From Chiloscyllium plagiosum (lineage: Eukaryota): a stretch of DNA of 64,000 nt. The DNA is taken from NCBI RefSeq assembly GCF_004010195.1, contig NC_057718.1, positions 18,689,577 to 18,753,576 of the forward strand, read 5' to 3'. The notes under the pieces are model-generated. The model was not told the DNA's origin. It was given only the letters and a program-made list of their open reading frames with translations, and did no database searches. Positions within the stretch are counted from its first letter, which is position 1; each line of letters begins with the position of its first letter. This document shows positions 25,738 through 39,270 of the stretch, piece after piece. Both the position numbers and the translations under genes were made by a program.

Positions 25738-26589
25738 AGGCAAAGAGACTGCCAATCCAAATTGCAGCTTCCAACATTTCCTTCCGTGTGCTCACATGCC
25801 ACTTCCACCATTTTCCAAAGTGGAAAATTCCCAACCACTCACAGGACCAACCAGCAGCAGGTGAATGTTAGCTGATGATTAGCTTCTATTTGTAAAAATA
25901 TAAAGAAATCTGCACTGCTTTTCCATTTGATGCAGGACTCAATGAACAAGTATTTTTCCATTCACTTACTTTACTGCCCGTCTCATTTCTTATTAACTTT
26001 GACCACTTCTTCCACCACAGGGAAGACTTTCTTGAAGACGAAAATGATTGTTTACATTCAGAAGAAAGGTGCAAAGTGAGGAGAGTATTTCTTTTCCTGA
26101 AGACTGTCAGAATTTGAGGATGTGTTTGCCCCAGATGGGGGAATCTCCCTTAATCTCTACAGTGCATCAGGGTCATTCTCTGCTGTGCTTGCTCTTCTCA
26201 AAACAAAACAAAATCGCTCCATCTCGCCATCCTTCACCTAGAGTTTTTTACATTGATAGATGTTTCCTGTTCTTTTCAAATATTCACACGCAGCACAGAT
26301 GCATCAGAAGCAAGACATGGGAGTAATTTTAAGCCAATCTGCTCAGTGGGATCAGACTGATCATCCATTATACACATGACCTGATTAACTTCATAAAGTA
26401 CTTGCATTTCACTCCTCACACGACTACCTCAGGGTTTACAGACAATGAGCTGTCCATTTGAAGAGGCGTCACTGTTGGAAGCTCACTGTTTAAAACAGTG
26501 GCAAATTTAATCATGGCAAGTGGGGTCTGTTAAAATGAATTCCCCACCCTGTCTCCAAACTCCCATACCATACAGTCATAGACTCATAT

Positions 26590-26946
26590 GGGTGGCAAGT
26601 GGCTCAGCGATTAGCACTGCTGCCTCACTGTGCCAGGGACCTGGGCTTGATACCAGCCTCAGGTGACTGTCTGTGTGGAGTTTGCACGTTCTCCCCTTGT
26701 CAGTGTGTGTTTCCTCCGGGTGCTCTAGTTTCCTTCCACAATTCAAAGATGTGCAGGTTAGGTGGACTGGTCATGCTAAATTGCTCTGTCATGTCGAAGG
26801 ATGTGCAAGCTAGGTGGATTCGCCATGGTAAAAGTGGGATTACAGGGATAGGGTAGGGATGGATTTGGGTGGGATGCTTTTTGGAGAGTGAATGTAGACT
26901 CAATGGGCCAAATGGCCTCTTTCTATACTGTGGGGATTCTATGATT
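26590..26946 (+). mobile_element. HE1-like SINE
   Basis: tRNA-like head, GGAGTTTGCACGTTCTCCCC core, CR1-like tail ending GGGATTCTATGATTC. Confidence 0.9.
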
Positions 26947-27387
26947 CATGCAGCATAGAAACTGTTCCTTCAGTCAACCGTGTCTATGCTGACCAACAAA
27001 CCCCACACTACATTAATCCTATTTACATGCACTTGTGTCTGGCATTTTAAGTACTCATCCAAATGTGACCTCATCCCCCAGCTGATTTGTTTCAAAAGGC
27101 TTAATTTTACATTCTTTTTGACTAAGTCAGAGTAATGTTGAGTTCATCAGTGGGCTTTTAGCCATGAGGCTTAATGTAATTTCTCACCCTATTTTACCAA
27201 ATTCACCTTATTAACAACTCACCACACCCCTGAGATGCCATTCACATACATCTTACCACCTGCCATTTCCAGAACAACTTGGCACTCATCGGCAATCCCT
27301 ATGCCATCTTTATAAATCCATTTTGTAGCGAGACAAGCAAGGTCAGTCCAAAGCTGCCCTGCATGGTTCCTGACATTTGTTCCAGAC

Positions 27388-27589
27388 ATGGCAGACAGGG
27401 GGAAAGCAGTACCCTGGTGATCCTGCTGAATGAGGGTAGACCAACTGAGGCACTTTCTCCCTTTCCAAACAGCGCTGGGGGTCATGACCTTGGTGTGAGG
27501 TTGTCACATGGTTTGAAGCAATCTCAGCTGCCTCAGAGAATGCCCTGCACTCTAGGAAGAAGGTCAATCACCTCCTCCATTCCACCAGG
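27388..27589 (+). mobile_element. Myb/SANT-like ORF remnant, probably PIF/Harbinger ORF1
   Basis: MADRGKAVP and, in another frame, PWCEVVTWFEAIS...NALHSRKKVNHLLHSTR followed by a GTAGGT donor. Confidence 0.5.
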
Positions 27590-30500
27590 GTAGGTGTCAC
27601 TATCTTCGCTCCAGGTCCTCGAACTCACTCTATCACCGCTACTACACCCAACTCCCACCAAGGCTCATGCTCTACCGTGCTGTCTATTACCTGCAACATT
27701 CTCTATCACTCACCGGCACCCACCCCAACCCTCATAACCACTATCCCTGAATGCCCTCTGTGCCACCTACTCACTGACTGGGGACACCTCCAGGCACCAA
27801 CTGTAACAGCTGTGAGAGAGCAGTGAAATGCAGAAGAGACTGGTAAGTGGAGATGAGCAAGAGGATTCTTTGGGGCTGGTCAATGTGAAATGCCAAAATC
27901 CATGAACGTGGGGTGCTTCCGGCCAGAGCCTATGGAGCATGATAATGGAACCCAGTTTCCATTATGGTGAATGTTCAAAGCAAGCAGTGAGCTGAATTTG
28001 CCTATTCTGGTGTCCTTCTTGAGTTTTCCCAATGTTGAGCTTATTTAACAAATTTGGTGCCACCTACTTTCATTTCCCATAATCCCTGCCTCTCTCTCAA
28101 TCCGGGAGGAAAAAGTCCACAGTATAGCCGAAAGATTCAAGGTAAGTGGTGGGCTACTTGTCATTTAGCTCCCCACCCCAGTGTTAGGAGAGAGATCCTG
28201 ACACTGACTGCTGGTATCACAAGCTACCCTTGTCTTACTTTTCTGGGGCCTCCTGAGTGAAGGCTATCCCACTTGATTTGACTGAGACATGCTGAGAATG
28301 ATGGCAAGCTTCCTGGCTTTGTGCCTGTGCTAAACAGAAAGGCAAGAGAGCAGTAACATGAGATTGAGCAGTAACATGAGATTGAAATCCCTGACTAAGC
28401 GGGCAAAACAAAATAAGGCAAGGCAAGGAATAGATGCAGTGAGCTTCCAGGTAGGTTCAGAGTAAACCAGATCTATAACAGCAAGTGAAGAGCCCAGAGA
28501 TGCAACCTGGTCTAGTCCACGAACTGGGTCTGAAGGCAAAGTGCCCTTGATGCAGCATAACAGCGATAACTGTTGGTGCAACTTGTGGTACAGCATTGAA
28601 GTGCAGAAAACACTGGTACATGGACCAGAGATGTGCTATGAGGATTTTTAGGAGCTGGCTGATGTCAAATGTCAAGGTCCACAGAGGTGAGGTGCATGTG
28701 ACCAGAATGCGATAATGGTACCCAGTTTGCATCATGGATCTCATTTGGAGCAAGCAGTGAGCTGAATCTGCCAGGTATCTGTTCTGGTTTCCTTCTTGAG
28801 GTTTCCCACTGTTGAGCTTGTTTACCAAGTTTGGTAAGGTGGGGTCTGCACTGAATATTAATGAGGTGAGTTGCGATGTTAACAATTCATTCAGCAAGTG
28901 TTCATCCTGTCAATTGGTATCCCGCTGTTGCCTAGTGAGAATCTCGCTATGCCCCACTTGTGAAATGTATAAAAATCACTGCTCTAAGATTGTGGTCAGA
29001 GTGTCCATTGACAGCACAGGTGGGATGGACTTAGAGTAAACAGCTCATTATACAGCAAATAACATTTACTTACTTAACAAACAGCAAAAGTAAAACACAT
29101 ATACTTACATTATAACAAGATTAAAGCAAGTTGAACTCATTGCCTTCTCCTGATAAAAGTCAGGTCAGTTCTCCAGGAAAACACTGAGTGGATAATAATT
29201 ACTTACAAATTATTGTGGAAAATATGCTATGACTAATTGTCATTCTTTGTGCCAGGAGATCCGTTGTCATGGGGTGCAAACATGGTCTGTCTTGCACCAT
29301 CCTTACACATCCACTGTTAAAATCTGGAACTACTCTTATTGCTGTACACACACAATCTATATTCTAAGAGTCTAGATTCGTTTGATCGATATCTCATTGG
29401 GCCTCTTCTGATTCAGGGGGTACTGCTCTTTCATCAGTGTTTGAGAGATGTGATATGTTTTTGGCTGTAATGTTTATTCTTGGGAAGTACACTTGGCTCT
29501 GAATATCTGCCCTGTGCACAGATTGAATAATTTTGGTGACAATACTCAACATTGTCATTCTCATCTCTTCACTTGTAATGTATTTGATTGCCCACCTTCC
29601 AGCCTCTGAATATGTTGGCTATTTCATCCCAAGAAATGCTCCGGATAAATCACGCAATTCAATGACAGATGAAAAATTGATCCTAAGTAATTTACAGCGG
29701 TTCAGCCTCCAGGAATCATTACCGCAGGGTAGATTACCCAACTATCTCTATTCTGCTTGGAGTAGTAGCCCCATTATCTGTCACTGATTTGTTTTCCACT
29801 CACTTGCTTGGGTTTCTATCATCGGTTACTGGAGTTGAGTTTGTTGAAGGCAGCATAGATGGGGATTTAAATATGAGAGCACCCTCAGTCATCATGACAT
29901 TTCCAAGGGATCTGACACAAGGTCAGACTGGAAAGACTGCCCAGAAACCTTTGATACTTGTAACTTTGAAAATACTTTAGCAAAGCAATGATATGAGGAA
30001 TCATTAGCATTTATGTGGAATGCTACTCTCTTTCTCTGATCCATTGCCTGACAGTAGCAGAGAGAATGTGATTATAACCTTGAAAGGAAAATGTGGAAGA
30101 TGAATAATTCTCAGACATTGAATTTTACAAAGAAAAATATATTAGCATTTATATCAACAGTGAGTCATGTTAATTAATCAACCAGAAAGAAAACATGGCA
30201 TCTTTTAATCCCAGCAATCTAACAGGTAAATGGAAATCAGTTGCCACTCACCCCAAAACATCAATAGTAGTGAAAATGTCATGATTCCAGATAAAAGATG
30301 CTAGATGATGCATTGTCCTGTTACCAGACATGTATCCTGTATCTTGTCACTGTATGTTGTTTTGTGGTGGAACTAACATGACATAACAAAATGATTATCA
30401 GTGACAGTTTTTAAAATTCTTGGCAAGTATATTTCTGCTCAGATCCACTATAAATGGATAGTGTCAATACTTAAACAATCTTTTAAAATTCAGCATAAAT

Positions 30501-30769
30501 AGAACAGCTACACAAGCAAATCACACAAAACATGTGAGATTATAATAATAAATAAAACAAAGAACGGAAGATGCTTGAGATCTGAAGCAAAAACAGGAAT
30601 TACTGGAGAAACTCAGCAGGTCTGGCAACTTCTGCGGGAAGAAAGTAGAGTTAACATTTTGAGTCTAGTGACTCTTCAGGACAAGTGATACCACTATTTG
30701 TGGGCATGTCTCCAGGTTAAATGGTTACAAGATCGCACAGTGGATTAGACAAATACCATCTTCAGCCCT

Positions 30770-30990
30770 ACCTTCATTTATCTATTGTATTCTGAGCTAC
30801 CTTCCTCCCAGCCCCACACCCCTTCCATTTATCTCTCAGCCCCCTTCGGCCACCCTCTCATTCCTGATGAAGGGCTTATGCTTGAAACGTCGATTCTCCT
30901 GCTCCTTGGATGCTGCCTGACCAACTGTGCTTTTCTAGCACCACACTCTTCGACTCTGACCTCCAGCATCTGCAGTGCTCATTTTCTCCC
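30770..30990 (+). mobile_element. PLE 3' end/pLTR with hammerhead motif
   Basis: ATTCCTGATGAAGGGCTTATGCTTGAAACGTCG at about 30860-30892 plus family terminus. Confidence 0.85.
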
Positions 30991-33900
30991 CTTAGACAAA
31001 TAACCTGTTCAATGTCAATTTTGAATGAACAATAAATTCTAGTGTTACTCAAATGTTGGGATTACGTCGACTTTTCACAACTCAAGCATTTCCATAACTT
31101 GGTTTTCAATTTGCAGTGATATAAAAGGCTGACATTTTACTTTGCTTTGTTTCTAAATCCATTGAGTTGCTAAACTGAGGATGTTTGATCAGTTTCCCCT
31201 TTGGCTGGGCTTTGATTACGGGATGTTTGTAGCCAACGTTGACGAGGGACGGCCAAAACCATTCTGAAACTGAAATGCAACTCTCACAGAAAGCTTTTAA
31301 TCCACTCAAAAGGAAGATGCTATTATCAAAAATATATATTTTAGCAGATCAGTATTTCTTTCTAAATAGGACTCAGAGAGCGTGAAATATGTTAGCCCTC
31401 TCAGCCTCTGTACCAGCTGCCATTACTGATTCATTGAACTGTGATGAAAGTGTGGAAGTCAAGACTTTACACAACATGTGTGCCACTGCAGGTTAGCAGA
31501 TAACTCAGTTTTGGCTGTACAGCTGAAAGAAAAATTGTTGAACTGCTGTAAGGCCTATGTTTGTAGGTGGAACTATTGTCATTTTTATTGTCATAAGGAA
31601 ATGTTACCACTTAGTTGAGTTAAAATTTGAAAAAAAATATTGCCTTTGAATGCTAATCCTTTATTATGGTAGGATTATTTACAAACGATTTGGAAAGTAG
31701 AACATTGTAAATTTTCCCAATCTGAGTCTACCTCAGAGAGCTCTAATGTTAGATCTTTAATGTTAATGGTGCTGGGGGATCACAAGGACTTAAACAGTAA
31801 GCTTGAAAATATATAGCAGAGTCGTTATTACTTTAGACGGTTGTGGAAAAGACTTAACATCTATTGTACATCTCTCCTGATTTTTATTTCAATAAAATGG
31901 CAAGACAGGCTGCCATTTTGTTATCATATCTTGTATAATATCAAAATAGCTCTCAGTTGGTGAGAAACTGGTCTTGCTGCCAAACAATGCATCAAATCAA
32001 CAATCTATACTCCATGCACCAGGCTGTGCTAAATTCCACACTTAGAAATGGAGTATTACTTGCACTTGTCAGGTGATGGGAGGCATGTATTTTACCTATA
32101 ACAATTCAGATTGGCAGCAATCACCCCCTCACAAGGTGGTGAGGGTTTGGTGGAGGTGGGAGTTGATGGAGGGAGAGGCATGATCCTAAGATCTGGGTGA
32201 GGCCAGATTAGCAGCAGACTAATTGTCAGAAGAGGATCTATGCTCCCATCGAACATGACAGCAATCAAAAATTTTCACAATTTTGGAGCTCTCTAACATG
32301 TCCCCCAGCAATCTATGAACATTGATGTCTGCACCCCATGGGCCTCATGGAACAAAGATGGAGCTGGTGCCATGTTGAACCACTGGGGCAAAAAAAGAAT
32401 AACGGTTTTTCTATGCACAAAAGTGTAAAAGGTGGGCACTGGGGTGTTATTTAGCAGCCCATAGCTGCAGAACTATCACAGTTCTATGACAGGGAGTGAC
32501 TTCAGAGCCAGATGCAGATTGAACTTGGAAGGTGGGTTTGAGGGTAAAGGATTGAAGGTGGTGCTCAGAGGTGTCTGTGAATTAGACAGTGAGAATACAT
32601 AGGATATAGGAGGTGACGAGATCAAGGGAGTGGCCACGAATAGAAACAAAATATGCAAATGCTGAAAACCTGAAATATAAAAGTAAATTCTAGAGAAATG
32701 CAATAGGCCTGACAGCATCTATGGAAAGACAAACAGAGTTTGAGGTGACTTTTGCAGAACTAGAATAGTCATGAATATGAGGAGAGTTTAAATGAAGGAA
32801 GAGATTAAAGGAGCTGAATAGAGGGTAAACTTAGAGGAGTGAGAGCGAAACAAGTTGGGGTAAAGACTGAAGTAGTCAAAAGATGAAAGTTCTGCCAGGT
32901 CAGACACTGATTGAGGAAAGGAGTGAGAACACCATCGTGAAAACGTGGATTGGGGATTGGATAGGTGATAGAAAATGAAAAATGTGGATTATGATTAACT
33001 TTTGTAGAGAAGAGGTGAGCAGAATGGAAAACGCAGTATTCATTGGAAGTGTGCAGAACAGGAGAAGGTTTGATGATAAGGACCACCATGAATAATAAAA
33101 ATGAGAAATAATATTTTAAAAGTTGAAATGCTGGAAGTCAACAGAGACAATGGGAAAAAGCTAAGATGCGCCAAAGTGATTAAGACAATGGCAAGACTTG
33201 TGACAGAATCAGACAAGAAGTCTGAAGAGGCCAATCTCAACACCAGGAGCATCTCACTCCATCTTCTGTTGTTTTAATAAGCGTCACAATGAATTTCTCA
33301 CTCCACAGTGGCGAGCTGCCAGTTAAAGGGGATTATTATTTGTGAAGTGCCTTGTTAATGGCCCAATGGGTGGGACGGATGCCATCAGGATGGGGAAGGT
33401 AGTTGATAGGAAAGTTTGGTAAGATTACGTCGAGAAAATGTGTTGGGCCTTGTGACAAAAAACTCTGACACAACTTGCACCTACCCAATAAAAAAAGATT
33501 CAATCCAACAGTGAAATATTGAAATCTGAAAGTTGGATGAAAAATATTCAGCATTTTTCACTGTATTGCTGGAAATGTAGAGCAAATCTAACTACAGAGA
33601 ATGAAAAATTGATGCTTCTCTTGGCCCTTCAGAATTCAGCTTCAGTTTTGATGAAGAGTTACACCCGAAAGAGGTCATTGGTTTATAGTGTCTATTAAAA
33701 TAATAGATAAGATGCATTTAACAAATAGCAGTAACAAATAGCAAATAACAAACAACACTCCATCTATGTTAATCAGTGACCTAGCCCATCTTTCTCCTCC
33801 AGTTACTGCTGTGGATTCCCATTATTTTCTGTTCCTACAACTAATCCGTTATGTTTGGTCCAAGCATTCCTCAGACAAAACTCTGTAAATTGCTACCAGT

Positions 33901-35164
33901 ATGTATTCAGTCATTAGATCATTTTATGTAAGAAGACCTTAGTGATCTGTGAGGTGACAAATTGAGATGTATGCAGATTGCATTTCTATTGTTCTCACCT
34001 GTAGCGTGTAAACTGACATTACAAGATAAAGGACCTATTGCATTTGCTCATCTCTTGGAGGAGCTTGGAACACAATTAAAAGTTATCCTGAAGGATTTTT
34101 CTTCGCATATGTTTTAAATTTGCCAAAGTATTGACAGCTCGATCAGGCAACCAGGATACACTCTGATATAAAGGTCCCTCCCCCAGGGATGGTGCATCAG
34201 CTGTGGGCTCCACCGACTGTACAATTTGTACCGATCACACAATACCCGGAGCCCCACCAGGATTGATTTTCCATTCTCTGCTTATGCATGACACATGCCA
34301 AACAAGCCGCAATGTTTGATCTTGCTCTTTCTTCAGTCGCCTGATTAATCTTTTTGTTAGAGTGAAGTCTTGTATCTCGGCTGAGCGTGCTAGTGCACCT
34401 GATCCCTTCATAAGCACGGCTGCTAATTCCCCTGCGGTTACTGAGTATTGGTCTATCTAGGGATTAGATTAGAAATTAGATTATTTTCATGATTTTTTTC
34501 AAAAGATCTTTGAACATAGATATTTCTTAAAAATTGTTTTGGTTTCATAGATCATTTAAGGAGGTCAGAAGAAAAAGCAAACACTTCTTTTACCAGGTGC
34601 CCAATCATTAAAAGGTAGGACCAGTTTTTCTGATGAGCTTTGTACAGTGAATACTGGAAAACCACTCTTCACTGATAGATGCAGGAGCAGCATATTCAAT
34701 CGAACGGTGACTGACATTGTTCAGTGTGCTGCAAAGCATGATAGCTTGGAATGATTTCAGGCTTGATTACCCCATCAGTGCTGAGCTAGCTGATCTCAGC
34801 TTTAACAATATTCTGACCCTGGCTATGGAATTTATGTGATTGCACAGAGGCAGTCCATTTGGCCCAACTCATCTATTCAAGTGGTTATTCAGTGCACAAA
34901 CCTCCCAAAATGCTATTCACCCTGTTACAATCAGATGAGACGGGGTGAACCAGCTCCCCCTTTTCTACCTTTCGAGGTCAGTCAAAACTAACGTTTATAT
35001 TCTTTATGACATAATGTTGTGTTTGTCCCCAAATAAAAATGCAACCAACTAATTTTTATACTTGCAATAAAGTGATAGGAGGGGTCAGTGACAATGCTAT
35101 CAAATAATAGTCATAAAGGAATAACTTGCCCACTAACAATCAGTCTGGTTTCCGCAAGAGTGAA

Positions 35165-35390
35165 TGCTTGAGTGTACGCATATGGAATGTGCTGCCGGCA
35201 GAAGTGGTTGTGGTAGGTATATTAACAAACTTTAAAAGGCATCTAGACAAATACATGGATAGGAAAGATTTAGAAGGATGTAGGCCAAGTGCAGGGAGTT
35301 GGGGATAGTGTGGAAGGACATTTTGGTCAGCATGGACCAGTTTGGGCTAAAGTGCCTATCTCCATGTTGAAGGACTCTTTGAGTTTATGG
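35165..35390 (+). mobile_element. CR1 LINE 3' end
   Basis: VRIWNVLPAEVV..FKRHLDKYM. Confidence 0.8.
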
Positions 35391-35429
35391 CCCTATGGCT
35401 ACTCAGGTCCTGACCACATCATGGCTTTG

Positions 35430-37570
35430 TATGAACCTGGAAAGAAGAGCTAAACTCCAGAGGTGAGAAGATGGTGATTGCCCTTGACATCAGGCTACAC
35501 TTGATCGAGAAGAAAAAGAGTCAATAGGAATCAAAAAAAAACTTCACTAGTTAGAGTCATCCCTCATGCAAGAAAGATAGTTGTGGTTGTGCGGTCAAAC
35601 CACTCAGTCCAAGGTGATCATGACAGGTGTTTCTCACACTCATGTACATAGCTCAACCATTTTCAACTATTTTATAATGGCCTTCCCTCCCTCATAATGT
35701 AAGATTGGGGGTGTTTGTTGATGATTGAACAAGGTTTAATGCCTTCAAACACAGTTTCACTGATGCTTTCTACAGTCACAGCAACATTTCCCTACTTTTA
35801 CAATGTATTCTAGACAATCCTCTGTCCCATGTGATCTTACTTGTTGCATTAGTATTCCAGAGTTGAGTCGAGAGTGACAGCTCTTGACATCAAGGCTGCG
35901 TTTGACTGAGTGTGGCATCATGGAGCCTCAGCAAAACTGAAATTGATGGGTATCAGGGGAAATCTCTCGTGTGGTTGGAGTCATACAGGAGTCATACATT
36001 GGAGGATGATCATGGTTGTTGGAGGTCAGTCACATCAGCTCCAGGACATCTCTGCATGAGTTCCTCAGGGTAGTGTCCTCGACCTAACAAACTTCAGCTG
36101 CTTCATCAATGACCTTCCCTCCATCATATGGTCAGAAGTGGGGATGTTCCCAATGATTGCACAATGTTCAGCACCATCATGACTCCTCCAACACTGTAAC
36201 AGTCTATGTCCAAATGCAGCAAGATCTGGACAATATCCAGACTTGGGAAGATAAGTGGTAAGTAACAGTCACACCCACATAAATGCCAGGCTATGATCAT
36301 CACCAACTACAGACAATCTAACCACTGCCTCTTGACATTAAATGGTTTACCATCACTGAATTCACCACAATCAACATCCTGGGAGTTATCATTGATCAGA
36401 AACTCAACTAGACCAACTACATAAATGCAGTGGCGACAAGAACAGGTCAGAGGCTAGGAATGCTGTAGCGAGTAACTCAACTCCTGACCCCTGAAAGTCT
36501 GTCCACCATCTACAAGGCACAAGTCAGGAGTGTGATGGAATACTCTCCACTTGCCTGGATGAATGCAGTCCCAATAACACTCAAGAACCTTGACACCATC
36601 AGGACAAAGCAGTCCACATTGCATCCACAAGCATCCACCACCAATGCTCACTAGCAGTAGTGTATACTATCTACAAGATGCACTGCAGAAATTCACCAAA
36701 GATCATCAAACAGCACCTCCCAAATCCATGACCACTTCCATCCAGAAGGACAGCAGATATATGGAAACACCATCACCTTTAAGTTCCCCTCCAAGCCACT
36801 CACTATCCTGAATTGGAAATATGTCACCATTCCTTCTCTATCAATGAGTCACAATCCTGGAATTCCTTCCCAAATGGCATTGTGGGTCAACCCACTGCAG
36901 GTGGACTGCAACAGTTCAAGAAGGCAGGTCACCACCAACTTCTCAAAGAATGGATAATAAATGCTGGCCAGCCAGCCATGCCACATTCCACAAAATGAAT
37001 AAATAAAAAAGTGTATATATAAACGCTGTAGCCACAAGAGAAGTTCGGAGGTTAGAGAATTTGTAACCGTTCACTCATTCTTTAATGCTTGGCCATTATT
37101 TACAAGGCACAGATCAGAAAAGTGATGGGATACTTTCCACTTGCATGGATGAGTGCTGTTCCAACAACACTCAAGATGCTCAACATCTTCCAGGTTAAAG
37201 CAGTCAGGTAGCTTGGCATCCCATCCACTATCATCAACAGTCACTTTCTTCACTGGGGATACACAGTAGTAGATATGAGTGTCATTTACAAGATACACTG
37301 TGATAACTCAGTAAAGTTCCTTTGACAGCACCTTTTAAACTTGCAATATCTAGCCCCAAAAAGTAGATTAATCCAAACACCACCCATTACGTTCACTTCC
37401 AAGCCACTCCCCACTCTGATTTGGAAATATATTGCCACTGACTGTCTCTGTCATTGGGTTAAAATCCTGCAACTCCTTCCATAATAGCACTGTGGGTGTC
37501 TCCACACCCCAAGGATACAACTGGTCAAGAATGCAGCTCGCCACCATTTCCCATGTGGCAATTAGGCAAT
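35430..37570 (+). mobile_element. Cluster of L2 LINE fragments (best copy about 35860-37010)
   Basis: ALDIKAAFD.VWH, VPQGSVL, FSCFINDLP, IYKAQVRSVMEY; tail AATGAATAAATAAAAAA at about 37000. Confidence 0.88.
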
Positions 37571-37629
37571 ACATAGGGTCAAAGGGGGAAAAACTAGAAA
37601 AAGCGAAAATTCATAAATCTTTGCTTGAA

Positions 37630-39270
37630 TACACGAAGTATTTGAAACAAAATAAATGAATTAAAGACACAGTAAAGGTTAATGGATCTCATCTTATAGC
37701 TATTACAGATATGATTACTCGGTGATCAAACCTAGGAACTAAATATTCAGGGGCATGTGACTTTTTGAAAGGCTAGGAAGAAAGGAAAGGCTGATGGGTT
37801 GGCATTGATAGTACGGGATGGAATAAGTACTATAGCAAGAAATGATCTTGGATCAGAAAATGCAGAATCCGTATGGGTGGAGGTCAAAAATAACAAGGAG
37901 ATGAAGATACTGGTAGACGTAACATTTAGGCCCCCTAACAGTAGTTGTTCAGTGGAATTGCAAATTGAACAGGAGATAATGAGGCTCCATCAAAAGGCAG
38001 TATATTAATCATGAGTGACTTTAGTCATCATTTAGATTGAGATAACCATCTTCTCCTTTCCATCCTTTGACTCTCAGCCTCTGGGGATGATTCCCGGCCT
38101 CCAACGAGCAATGATTCCTGGCCTCTGGCGACGACTTCCAGCCTGGTGCAGCAGCCTCCTCCTATAGGGTCCTCTCAGTGTAGCATGGTATGGTGACCTC
38201 TCAGCCTGGCACAGCGAGCTCCCGGTGTGGCATTTTGCTGGTGCAGTGTGGAGCCAGGGTCTGGTGCAGACTGGGGGCTAGGTGCCAGCATAGTCTGCTG
38301 TACTGAACTTTTATTTCTGCAATGCTGGACATTTTATTTCTATATTGTGTAAAATCTTGTAACTAAAGAAGCTGTGCTAGTTACTTCTGTATCTAAGTCA
38401 GCACTGTAATTGGCGACATATAAATTTTTCACTATAATTAATAAGTATATGTCACAATAAAGGCTATTCTATTCTTCTATTCTATTCAAGAGGAAGAATT
38501 CACAGAGTGTGTTGGAACAATTTCCTGGAAGAATATGTTGGGGATTAAGCTAGTTTGGATCTGATAATGTCTAATGGGATAGTTTAATAAATTATGCCAG
38601 AGTAAAAGATCCCCGCCCCAACAGCAACCATATTATAATATAATTTGGCATTTAGTTTCAGAGGGAGGACCTTGGATCAGAAATAACTGCCCAAAGCTTA
38701 AAGAAGGCTAATGACAATGGCATGAGGACAGAGTTAGCTGGAGTAGACTAGGAAAGGAGTTTAGCAGTAGAGACAATTGAGAAAAAATGGCAGATGTTTT
38801 AGAAAATATTTCATGGCTCTCAAAAAAGATATATCTCAGTGAGAAAGAAGCATTCTGGGAGACGGATAAGCCAACAATGGTTAATCAAGGAAGAGCCCAA
38901 AATTAACACATCCCCTGGAGAACAAAGCTAAGAAGATAACAATGAGGAACCAATAAATGGCAGGGAAGTTGAATGAATACTTTGCATCAGTCTTCACAGT
39001 AGAAGGCACTGATATAATTCCAAAAGTACTACATATTCAAGGGGCTAATGAGAGGCAGACGCTAACTATCACTACAGAAGTAATGCTAGAGAAACTATTG
39101 GGAATAAGGACTAGTAAATCCCCTGGACCTGATGGGATGCATCCTAGGATATTAAAAGAAATAGCTACGGAGACAGTGGATGTACTGGTAGTAATCTTCC
39201 AAGAATCTTTAGATTCTGGAAAAGTCCCAAAGGATTGGAAAACTGCCAATGTAATACCTTTATTTAAAAC
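37630..39270 (+). mobile_element. CR1/HER1 LINE fragment with an about 390-bp insertion (38045-38430)
   Basis: ESVWVEVKN..RPPNS and LNEYFASVFT..KSPGPDGMHPRILKE..DWKTANVIPLFK; the insertion ends AATAAA..(TATTC)n. Confidence 0.88.
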
